A stretch of DNA of 64,000 nucleotides, from positions 992,001 through 1,056,000 of the forward strand of contig NC_134031.1 in NCBI RefSeq assembly GCF_964204645.1, given 5' to 3'. Positions 43,249-54,894 of the stretch are shown one piece after another. The position numbers and the translations under genes are program-made. Every line of letters starts with the position of its first letter. Within the stretch, counting starts at the first letter, position 1. The notes beneath the pieces are model-generated. The model saw only the letters and a list, made by a program, of their open reading frames with translations, was not told where the DNA came from and did no database searches. This DNA comes from Tubulanus polymorphus (lineage: Eukaryota > Animalia > Nemertea).

Positions 43249-43810
43249 CTGGGCTGGTTCCAGAGTCCAGACTTTAGTACAAAAAAGGTCTTGAATCTCT
43301 AAGACTGGTCTTGATTTGCCGATGAGGAGTTTTTGCATGCAACAGGCTGCGGACTCTCAGTCGTTATATTACGCAAATGTATGTAAAACTATGGAAGATA
43401 TTCATATTGTGAAATATATCCATAATCACAGACTGTTTCCTACAAAATAATGATTATTGTTCAGCACAGCTGTCGAATTGCTTGAAGCAACAGAAAAAAA
43501 AATAAACTCTTTATATAAATATATACATATATATACACATATAGATCAATTTCTCATGGATTGCTGTTTATTGACTATATTGTGTCTAATTGATAACGAT
43601 GAAACTTTTATGACATATCTCAATTCCAACGATTCCAATGCGCTTGAATTATGCGTTAATAAATAATATCAGCAATCTTCAGCCTATTTGCTCGCGTGTG
43701 TATTGAGGAGTTCGTCTGTCGGTTACGTGTCCGAAATATCCCATTTATTCAACTCGTCTCGTCGTCATTGATGCGGCGATTCTCCTGAAAATGACATCTC
43801 TTAAGCCAGA

Positions 43811-43923
<113 letters not shown>

Positions 43924-44933
43924 AGAATATAGCTCACATATCGTATTAGTTTTCAATCAGCTTCTGTAAATAGGTTCTATCAAAATTCCTATCTCATAAC
44001 TAAACTCATCACATGAATCGTTTAAGACGGTATATTTACAAAACCGACGAGATGGTGTCACTTGCTTACATTTTTAGAGGCAAGCTAGAGTTGAAATTGT
44101 AGATCATTCCCAAATATTTGATTCTGGATTCAAATTATAACTTAGGCTTCAATTCGAACGTTGGAACTTCGTAAATAGATTAATTTCAATTTTAGTCTTT
44201 TAGTTAAGGGTTAAAACATTGGAAATTAGTTGATTTCAAACTTAACCGAAAACCGTTGAGAACTGGATCAAGCTCCTACGGAAAACTATAGCCAGATGAT
44301 TCAGTCACAAAATCTATAGACACTCTTCTTTAAACCATTAACTTCACGGAACTCCGGCAGTTTCATAATATGAAATTAAACTTCTATTGTAACACTCAGA
44401 GTAGACATAATTGAAAAACGGACACGAAGAAAAAACGTATAACAACGTTTGAAACAGTCGCGCGCAGTTTTATTACGTCACGTCTGCTGTGTGATAGCAT
44501 GACGAAATGTGGCACGCATTGCTTCCAGTAACATCGATGAATATACAAGAGAATAATTATCTTCGCATAATGACGCAAATAGCAAAGCAATATCTTTAGC
44601 CCTGTTCCAGGCGAACAAATAAAAACCTTCTATGCACATTTTTCATAAATTGTGACTCGAGGAGGAGCGACGGTACAATAAAAGAAGATCATTCGTCTTG
44701 TGCTTAGTGTTTTCTGCGGCGTTTGCTCTCTTCCGACGGACTCGACAAAAGACGCAGGGAATCGGCAATGCCTCAGAGAAATACATAAAATGCATTTCAC
44801 ATCACACGCACACAATAAGACTATGTTTTATCGCCATTTATTGACACGGAAAATGCCCGATAGCAGCCGCCGATCTAGGGAGGAATGCTCCAGGTGTTGC
44901 ACCTTACCCCGTTTTAGTTCGAAATTAGATCAG

Positions 44934-45044
44934 GACCAAGTTCCACATGCGACGAGTTAAGATTTGATTTAGAGTTAACTGATTAAAAGTGAACTGATTT
45001 TAACTGTCAGATTTAACTCTTACTCACAACTGTGGAACTGGATC
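44934..45044. mobile_element. MITE flanked by CAG/CTG, third family
   Basis: Termini GACCAAGTTCCACA / TGTGGAACTGGATC; relatives at ~30954-31060, 55246-55392, 55430-55510 and 62410-62560. Confidence 0.7.
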
Positions 45045-45243
45045 CTGAGTTCAGAGTTAACTCTATCTCACAACTGTGGAACTGGATCCTGAGTTCAGAG
45101 TTAACTATATCTCACAACAGTGGAACTGGATCCTGAGTTCAGAGTTAACTCTATCTCACAACTGTGGAACTGGATCCTGAGTTCAGAGTTAACTCTAACT
45201 CACGACTGTGGAACTGGATCCTGAGTTCAGAGTTGACTCTAAC
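45008..45243. repeat. 44-bp tandem repeat derived from a MITE end, ~5 copies
   Basis: GATC at 45041, 45085, 45129, 45173 and 45217. Confidence 0.95.
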
Positions 45244-48200
45244 ATATTCCCAACTTTGGTAACCGGCAGTATGACAATGATCATCCTAGTTCTATAGCTG
45301 AATCACTTTGAGAAAGTCCCCGGTTTCATCCTGCATTTCGTTTTCTTGTTGCATCTGTATTTATTTTTTGGGTTCGGAATTACCTGATATAATCTTTAGG
45401 GTTCTGAAATTTGCATTTTACAAACGTTTTAAAAAAGGACAGAAACACATTCGTTATGACTGTCAGAAATGATAAAATCTTCCACGCAGTGACGGGTGAT
45501 CTATCAGTGGTTTCTGACTCTCCCTTGAGTCTCATCAGCGTTTTTTACTCTCATAATTTTGTCGCTAAATATTCTCGGTAACTGCGCACACGAATGAGCG
45601 CATGTCGTCATTAGCCCTCGGGGGTACGAACGAGCTACAGGCTCACACGTGATTAATCAACACAAGCAGCAACTAACAGGCAGCAGCAGCCGAAACTCCT
45701 CGTGTTTCACCGGGACGTTTTTGATTTATTTCAGCGAATGTCGATATTTCCTTCTTGTCAATTTCGGCAAAGACGAAATTAAGATCGTACGCGGTCGATT
45801 ACAATTGCCTAAAGCGAAATAAAAATATCATTTATTTCTGAGAATTGCGACGTTAGTTTATCAAGGCTTTACTGAGAAACCTTTATTCGATACATAAGAA
45901 ATATTTTCTGGGGGATCCAATTCTTGCCTTTTTTCTATGAATCATCTTTTCGTGATTATCTTGTGAAACGTAAGTTTGGTGAAATTGACGAAACCCTCAT
46001 TCCAAAAAACCATTTTAAACCTTCACTAAGAACCTTAGCGTCAGTGTGCGGCAATTCAGAGCCACAAATGAGTACCACAGTTGAGTAACATAGTTTAGTA
46101 CCACAACTGAGTGAACGCAATCTCGTTGAGTATCATGGATATATACTTCCAGGACTTGGCGAGGTTTTTAAACCGAGCTATGCTTCTATTTCTGCTGCTC
46201 GTACAAAATAAAAACAAGCATATCTCATTTAAAGAGAAGTTGCGTTGATTATTTATGACCAGGTAGCTGTCTATTATCAGTGACAGGCGAGTGAACGATC
46301 AGATTACGATGTTCGGATGAAGCGAGTATTCATTTCTGAAAATTGTCTCTGCTTTTATATATACACACATATATATGTGGAATATTTCTATCTCATCGTC
46401 AGTAAACCGTTCTCTTCTTCTGTCAACCCTTAATCGCCTTTTCGTCGCTGCCGGCACATTCTCTGTCTGTCTGTGTGTGTCTCTCTGTCTGTCTCTCTCC
46501 CTCTCTCCCTCTCTCCCTCTCTCCCTCTCTCCCTCTCTCCCTCTCTCCCTCTCTCTCCCTCTCTCTCCCTCTCTCTCCCTCTCTCTCCCTCTCTCATTCT
46601 CTATACGATGATCTAATCCGATCTGAAACTCGGTACACATTGCTCAAGTTTACATGTGCGCGCGCAGGTTCTGCTTAATGAAAAGAGAATCACTATTATT
46701 CATAATTCTATATTTAGTACTCTGTACTTCAAATACGCGATATGAATGCCTTTGATACTAGAATACTTTGATAAACTTCTTCAAAATAAAGAATTTACTG
46801 CATATATTTCATCCATCCGTCTAAAAGAGGTTAACATAATCATATAGTCTCATTTTGTATAGAACTTGTACAGTCTCCATAGGGTATAATGTTTATATGG
46901 TCATATGTTTAATTTCTATTTATCAAAATCGAATAGAAACAACTTCTTCCTTTTTTTTCTTTTTCTTCTACGCACTCTTACTTCCACAGACGACTGGGTA
47001 CTCATACCCAATACTCGGGTACTCATACCCAATACTCACATTGATTAAATGACATTCAATAAACTGGAAAGCTCTTTACTGGCGGCGTCTTCCATTAGAC
47101 TTCATATATCATACGTCGAGTGAATTAGATATCGTCAGTTTCTCTGGTCCCCGAGTCGTCGTTCTGGGAGAGTCGTTCACGGTTACTCTTGTCCTGTACT
47201 GGTTCTGCCTGGGAGTGTATCCGGTCGACTGTGTATCGTGTAGTATTGTTCTTCCGTTCACCGGACAAGCGAGAAACACGTGACGTTTGTCGTCACCACA
47301 CATGGAGACAGACGAAAGAGTTCCACGTCGACTAATGAACGGCTTCTGTTGCTGCTGCTGGTTTCGGAGTAGAATATTTTGAGTCAATATCTAGGACAGG
47401 TGCTCAAAATACGTTGGTATCAAGCTAGGGGATAAGTGACAACCCTATTCGAGCGTCTAGTTTCATGAACAAGTCTAACCTGAATCGTTGTTCTAATCAA
47501 AACACGAAGTCACCGAAACAAAAATTCTAAGTTGAAATTTTTCGTAAAACTGGACGCAATACTTTTCATTGGTCCGACATTTAACTTTGAAAACTGGTTT
47601 GAAAGTTTGAAGTTTTTTTTGCAAACTGTTGAAACTGATGATCATTGTGGGCAACTTTTGACTCTTCGATTCCCGCTTTATCTATAGTTAACATTCGTTT
47701 ATATACGTGTATAGCCTGGACTTGTATCATCAGGAAACTCCATTACAGGAATACACGACAGATCTATTTATACACAATATACGACAGTGCGGAGTGCATG
47801 ATGATAAAACATATTCCATCTAAACAGAAAGGATGAGATAAGATCAGTCGCTGGTGCCAGCTGCCCCGACAATAGACCCGATAGATAGACAGGAAACTAA
47901 CCACCAGTTCTCGCTTCCAGAGACAGAATTGTGTTCAGTCTGTTCCATCAAACCGGGTAGGTGCCAGAGAAAAACCCATAAGCGGCTTTAGGCAAGACGC
48001 TGATATACCGCGTAAAACCCGTCGTGAAGTTCAGCTAGATCGAAAAACAAAGATGCTACATTCATGTGTCACCGATCAGAGAGAGGCCAGCAGCACAGTC
48101 ATGGCTTACATTCAAGACTAGTCAAAGACCATCTCAGTTGCGTAGCCAATCTTACAACTAAGGACCAGTTTTGATATTTAAGACCACGTTATTGACTTTA

Positions 48201-49309
48201 CATCGCGATTGCGCAAGTGGGGCCTGATATTCGGTCTAAAGATAACAACAAATTAATTCTCCCTCCTCTATATTGAAGCTGTATAAAAACTATGGAAATT
48301 GGCAACAAAAATATACGTTAAAAACCTTCGCGAATAATTCATAAATCAAAGCCCCATTTACAGTTCAGCTTCCGGCGTTTATAGATAAATTTCATTTTAA
48401 TGCGAAATTTTGGTTGTTAATGACATCGTGATAACACAATAGCGTGTTGTTAATTATCGCGTTTTCGCAACATCTAAAACTTATAATGGGATTTTGTTGC
48501 AAAACATCTCGAGCGATATAACTTAGTTGAGTTATCGTCGATATGTAGAAAAAAGATATGACAGTTAAAACGTATAGATTTACAGCCCAGAGCCACGTAC
48601 TTTCAGGTATTTATCATTTTAGTGTGAAATCTTTTTAATCAATTAGTGAAATTGTGCTGATGAAATCTCTAATGTCTGGTGTTTGCAGTTCATTTTCAAT
48701 TAAAAATATCTTTGTTAAAGTTCTGAACACATGTGAAGTGTGGACGAACAGTTTTTGAAAGTGCGCTGATAAAATATCTAATGCCTGGTGTTTGTAGTTC
48801 ATTTTCAACCAAAAATCGAATGTGAAGTGGCCTGGACGATCAAAATCTTACAAAAAAAGCGATAAGGTACATCGAATGTTAGAGAAAATGCGGGCATCCG
48901 ATCGGTGCCTGATTAAGACGTAACATAGGGCATTATTCTGAAGAAACAGATTCAATTTAAAATGATGAATCATTATTCGGTGTCTACTGATTCAAAGGTG
49001 CCGTCGTTTTTGTAGCTAACGGGGGTTGTGTCGACAAACTGCTTATGAGCATCAATAAACACGGAATCGGATAATTGAATTAACCGAATACACTACACAC
49101 ATACGCAAGCCGTATTGATTTGATGATTAATTTGACATCAAACCCGATTATATTTACATTTTAACTACGAACTACACTTCAATACACTGTACATCTACAC
49201 ACTTAGTTAAATATATGTACAGATGGTGCGCGTATATAAATAAGTACAATGAATAGATTCACAGAACGTAAAATTGATTTGTTAGTTTGTTATGGTTATA
49301 TTATCTCCT

Positions 49310-49590
49310 AGGAAAAAAAACATATTTCTAAGCGTCGTCATTTCGCGAGATAAATTCAATTATATGAATGGCAGATTTGTTGGCACTTCTGCGATACCTT
49401 TGTCCCACGGTCTACGTTCTGTATTTCACGAGAATGGCCAGATCAATCATGGGTGGTCATTCTTGAACTATATGACATTTTGCTACGACGGGTACGGTGA
49501 CCGCCTGATAGCGGAAATGGTTCCACCTGGCTGCCATGTCTATGAAGCTAAATCTTTGTGAAACGTGGATTGATTCCGGGATTCGAGGCC
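49310..49590 (+). pseudogene. Second, diverged fragment homologous to 51940-52220 (putative CRESS capsid fragment)
   Basis: Aligns by eye with 51940-52220: SFLNYMTFCYDGYGDRLIAEMVPPGCHVYEAKSL vs SFLNYRTFGYYRYRCRLVADKVLPGCHVYEAKFL, with many third-position synonymous differences. Confidence 0.6.
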
Positions 49591-51499
49591 ACAATGAAAT
49601 CGCAGCATTGAAAAACATGAAGTTTTTCAAAATTTCAATTATCAATCAGCTGGTTCGTTAGTGTTTTAAGAATAATGATTCTTATAAGATTTGTCCATCA
49701 ATATGCGTAGAACTGGGGTCCGAAACAGCACACATATAAACAAGGTATGAATTACGAATGCAATATAGCTAATTAATAAGATTTAGGTTTCAAAACATCC
49801 TGTACTGAATGGAACAGTACGAATTAGTTATCATTAATTAATCATTAATACAGGCGTTGTCTAGTTTAACCGAGTCAGACGCTGTACCCCGTGTGGCCCT
49901 CCGACTCTCATCCGTGCAAAAACTACCGCATGTAAAGATACAAAAATAGATTTTACCGGAATCAATATTCGTTGTGTGCGTGCGGTATGACTACACCGAA
50001 TTATTTTTGCAGCCAGCACGCAGATCCTTTGCCTTCACTTGTCGCCCATGTGCTACATTGATTTACCCGTATGAAGACAGTCGCACTTGGCAACGGCATG
50101 AATTTTCGTCTGGTTTTTGTTTACAACTGATTAGCTATTTGAAAACGTATCGCGCGCGACCGACCGTTCGATTTAGGAAAAAAAACGTATCAAGGCAGCG
50201 AGTCGTGTTCATCCGACAGTTGAGCTACTCGCGATGAAACTACGACTCATCTGATCCGATTATGGAATAATTCGATGGAAAATAATCAATTTTCAGTGTT
50301 CAATTTCCCGCTACAAAAGGAACGTATTTCTTTAATATCATCACTTCTTACGGGTCTTCGCGTAGACTGATTTATCTATGCAGATTATAATGCGTAATTA
50401 TTTGCCGCAGTAAACTAAACTAATCGGGAGATAGGGTCATTGGGGGCATATTAAAGTGTAAATTGAACTGCAAGGTTTCGGGGTTCAGTGCCTCAATTGT
50501 AAGTACAGCCTGTTAGCTTGCATTGGATTTCTTGTTACCACAAATCCGGAAAGTATCGCTCATTCATTATGATATCATAGATGGTTTACGAAAAATAGAT
50601 GAATTTGTACTTATACTTTCAGCTTTCTACGATGTAAAAAATATATGAAAAAAAATCGAAAAATCTATATACAAATTTTCGATGTGAATTATGTAATTAA
50701 AACTTCCACTTGAAAACTCGTCGAGCTTTCTTCCTCGTTTATCCAGATGTGAATTTTTCGCGTATACATTGTGGCTTATTGTGCCAAGTGAAATCGAAAA
50801 TTGGCTGATCAGATATCGGAATTGATACTATCGAGCAGAAGATTGAAATGATCGATATTTGATTTTCGTCCAACTCCGTTATAAAAACCTGTGTCGCCAT
50901 TGTTTCTTTTTCCATTCATGACGACCTTGACCTACTATATATTTCAAATGTCATATCGGCTGCTTACTGCGTGTACGTGCTTCTAGCAATGAGCAGTTTT
51001 CAGAAGAACAATATATATTTATCTGGAATAGAATTGTGAGGGATCGATGTGAGATCAATACGTCACTGATATACTGGACAGACACTACACAGATTGAGTT
51101 AATTAGTTCATTTTGCAGTATTCAAACGCTTGAGTCATCGATTGTAAATAGTTGAGATTATTTCCATTCTCGATGAATATCATTGAGAGTAAACCACAAT
51201 ATCAATATTCAGACAAACGTCATTGTTTTTTTTTCTTTCGTTTTGGGCGTTTTTTGAACAAACTCTGAAGATGGTTGGAAGGATTCCACCCAAAACGCAA
51301 GAAAAAGTACATTAACAGAGTTGTTTGAATTGATATTTTGGGTTTCTCTTAATTCTAGAGTAAAATCCTATAGTCCGTTCAATGTTCGCGGTTAGAACTG
51401 GACTCTGAAAAGATTTCGCGCTTTTTGGTTTCAATATGCTTCACTCGTTATATTTGTAAATAAAGTGTTTTATTCATATTTCATCCACAATCTTGTCAC

Positions 51500-52920
51500 C
51501 TATCCATATCATTAATAAATTATAACTCTAAAATTCTGATAAAAATCGATCAATATTTAGAAGCAGAAGGAGGCTTGCATATACATCCCGGAGCTTCAAG
51601 TCGAGATTTCTAATCTTTCCCATCAGAGTTAGATTTGAATGCTCGCAGTTTATCAGATGAAGTTTGATATCTGTTGCGGTGATTCGTAGGTATTTCTCTC
51701 GATGCCCCACCGCTGCCTCCGCCGCAGCTATCGCAGGTATCGTAAACAAGACGATGATTTCGGAGAGGAAATAAACGATGACTGTGAATGGGCCATCAAT
51801 CAGTAAACCAGACTCCAGATTTACCCATTAACCGTCGACATACAAGAAACTACTGAACAATCGTTTGATACGCTTCAATTCCAACTTACTTAGTTCTACG
51901 GCCCTTAAACGAACATATTTTTAAGCTAACGACACCTTAGCACAAACAAACATTTCACAGAGTCCTCATTTCACCAAAATTATATCAATCTTGAATGGCA
52001 GCTTTGATCGAACTTCCGCGATTCCTTTTGTCCCTTGCCCACGTTCTGTATTAACTGCAGAATGACCAGATCTGACAGTAAGCGGTCATTCTTAAACTAT
52101 AGAACATTCGGCTACTATAGGTATCGTTGCCGTCTCGTAGCGGACAAGGTTCTACCAGGCTGTCACGTCTATGAAGCTAAATTTTTGTGAAACGTGCATT
52201 AATTCCGGGATTCGACACCGAACGATGTTATCTTACATTGACGGATCACGTATAGAAGTTGATGGGTACTATTATCTCACCGAGTCTTTAAAAACTACCC
52301 TCGATTCTCTACATGCTACGCCTGATCTAAAACACTCTCATAGATCAGAATCGAAGCGATCAAACTGCCACAATATCTACTCTTAGGATAATAAGTTACT
52401 TAGCATTGTTTTATGCGATCAACGCCGTCTTAAATTACGTAACCTACATTTCAATTTCAATCTTCTCATACGACTGTATTTTTAGCCGGATTCTCAACAA
52501 ACCCCGGAATTTCCTTCCATTTCTAATATTGATGTCTGTTGGAGATCGAGTTCTAATCAACGTTCACGTAGAAGAGATAATTACAAAGCGCTCCATTTAA
52601 TTCCCATTCTATCGGCGCTATAGACGCGTGCGTTCATCTTCGCTTTATTGCCCATCATTACACTGACATGAATTAGGTTCCGTTTCCGATAGGAATACAC
52701 TTTTAATCGCTGCACTTAATCAAGTGCCAATGTTCTTCGTGATGCTGTCTAATAGCCGGTCATTTACGACGAAGTCCCGAGAGACGAACAATAAATTAAT
52801 GGTCGCAATTACTTGCTGGAAACCTCGGGAGCTTGAATCGAATTGAAGTTCAGGCGAATTTCGATGAGTTTTATTTATCACATCTATCAACGGATCTGGG
52901 ATCATTTAACTGAATCACCC
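51500..52920 (+). pseudogene. Decayed endogenous CRESS-DNA (circovirus-like) virus element: capsid gene remnant preceded by a possible Rep C-terminal remnant
   Basis: ATG 51702: MPHRCLRRSYRRYRK / (-1 shift) RR*FRRGNKR*L*MG, where the stops are TGA inside Arg runs. Capsid-like SFLNYRTFGYYRYRCRLVADKVLPGCHVYEA (52086-52187) and DQRRLKLRNL..IRLYF*P (52417-52488). Upstream ILIKIDQYLEAEGG / VEISNLSHQS* / SQFIR* (51533-51660) resembles SF3 helicase motifs B', C and the Arg finger. Confidence 0.6.
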
Positions 52921-54491
52921 TGGGGCAGTGTGCTGGGAGAGCTCTCACTGGGGCAGTGTGCTGGGAGAGCTCTCACTGGGGCAGTGTGCTGGGAGAGCTC
53001 TCACTGGGGCAGTGTGCTGGGAGAGCTCTCACTGGGGCAGTGTGCTGGGAGAGCTCTCACTGGGGCAGTGTGCTGGGAGAGCTCTCACTGGGGCAGTGTG
53101 CCGGGAGAGCTCTCACTGGAGCAGTGTGCTGGGAGAGCTCTCACTGGAGCAGTGTGCTGGGAGAGCTCTCACTGGAGCAGTGTGCTGGGAGAGCTCTCAC
53201 TGGGGCAGTGTGCTGGGAGAGCTCTCACTGGGGCAGTGTGCTGGGAGAGCTCTCACTGGGGCAGTGTGCTGGGAGAGCTCTCACTGGGGCAGTGTGCTGG
53301 GAGAGCTCTCACTGGGGCAGTGTGCTGGGAGAGCTCTCACTGGGGCAGTGTGCTGGGAGAGCTCTCACTGGGGCAGTGTGCTGGGAGAGCTCTCACTGGG
53401 GCAGTGTGCTGGGAGAGCTCTCACTGGGGCAGTGTGCCGGGAGAGCTCTCACTGGAGCAGTGTGCTGGGAGAGCTCTCACTGGAGCAGTGTGCTGGGAGA
53501 GCTCTCACTGGAGCAGTGTGCTGGGAGAGCTCTCACTGGGGCAGTGTGCTGGGAGAGCTCTCACTGGAGCAGTGTGCTGGGAGAGCTCTCACTGGGGCAG
53601 TGTGCTGGGAGAGCTCTCACTGGGGCAGTGTGCTGGGAGAGCTCTCACTGGGGCAGTGTGCTGAGAGAGCTCTCACTGGGGCAGTGTGCTGGGAGAGCTC
53701 TCACTGGGGCAGTGTGCTGGGAGAGCTCTCACTGGGGCAGTGTGCCGGGAGAGCTCTCACTGGAGCAGTGTGCTGGGAGAGCTCTCACTGGAGCAGTGTG
53801 CTGGGAGAGCTCTCACTGGAGCAGTGTGCTGGGAGAGCTCTCACTGGGGCAGTGTGCTGGGAGAGCTCTCACTGGGGCAGTGTGCTGGGAGAGCTCTCAC
53901 TGGGGCAGTGTGCTGGGAGAGCTCTCACTGGGGCAGTGTGCTGGGAGAGCTCTCACTGGGGCAGTGTGCTGGGAGAGCTCTCACTGGAGCAGTGTGCTGG
54001 GAGAGCTCTCACTGGAGCAGTGTGCTGGGAGAGCTCTCACTGGAGCAGTGTGCTGGGAGAGCTCTCACTGGAGCAGTGTGCTGGGAGAGCTCTCACTGGA
54101 GCAGTGTGCTGGGAGAGCTCTCACTGGAGCAGTGTGCTGGGAGAGCTCTCACTGGAGCAGTGTGCTGGGAGAGCTCTCACTGGGGCAGTGTGCTGGGAGA
54201 GCTCTCACTGGAGCAGTGTGCTGGGAGAGCTCTCACTGGAGCAGTGTGCTGGGAGAGCTCTCACTGGAGCAGTGTGCTGGGAGAGCTCTCACTGGGGCAG
54301 TGTGCTGGGAGAGCTCTCACTGGGGCAGTGTGCTGGGAGAGCTCTCACTGGGGCAGTGTGCTGAGAGAGCTCTCACTGGAGCAGTGTGCTGAGAGAACTC
54401 TCACTGGAGCAGTGCTGGGAGAGCGCTCACTGGAGCAGTGTGCTGAGAGAACTCTCACTGGGGCAGTGTGCTGGGAGAGCTCTCACTGGGC
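52920..54491. repeat. 28-bp minisatellite, ~56 copies (GGRGCAGTGTGCTGGGAGAGCTCTCACT)
   Basis: Period 28; accounts for the ORFs between 52843 and 54661. Confidence 0.98.
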
Positions 54492-54810
54492 CAAATGTTG
54501 ATGTGTTTGTCAGTGGGCGGCAGTCAGTGGGCGGCAGTCAGTGGGCCTGGATCTCTTGTGGGTGGACGCTCGACGCATCCAGATGCAACCAAATTGATGC
54601 TTGTTCGATGACTGATTTTCGAGACGCTATAAACATTAAGTGGTTGTATTATTTGGTATAAGTGGTCAATGACAATCGGTTGATTGGTCTGATAAACTCG
54701 AGCTGTCAGTACAGGCCAATCGGGAATATTGAAATATAGCCGCTCGGATCTATAATATTTGCTTCGACAATCCGCCATAAATCCATCCCGATCTATACGT
54801 ATTGACCACT

Positions 54811-54894
54811 GCCGCCACCGCCGCCGCCACCGCCGCCACCGCCGCCACCGCCGCCACCGCCGCCACCGCCGCCACCGCCGCCACCGCCGCCGCT
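54811..54894. repeat. (CCGCCGCCA)n 9-bp repeat
   Basis: Direct inspection. Confidence 0.95.

Noticed and set aside
48654-48830. Local ~109-bp tandem duplication
   Set aside because: Two diverged copies with no structure or coding signal; an ordinary duplication.
52843-54661. Long ORFs of 271-478 aa
   Set aside because: The consensus 28-bp unit has no + strand stop, so all three frames give the same periodic peptide. No splice signals or codon-level evidence.
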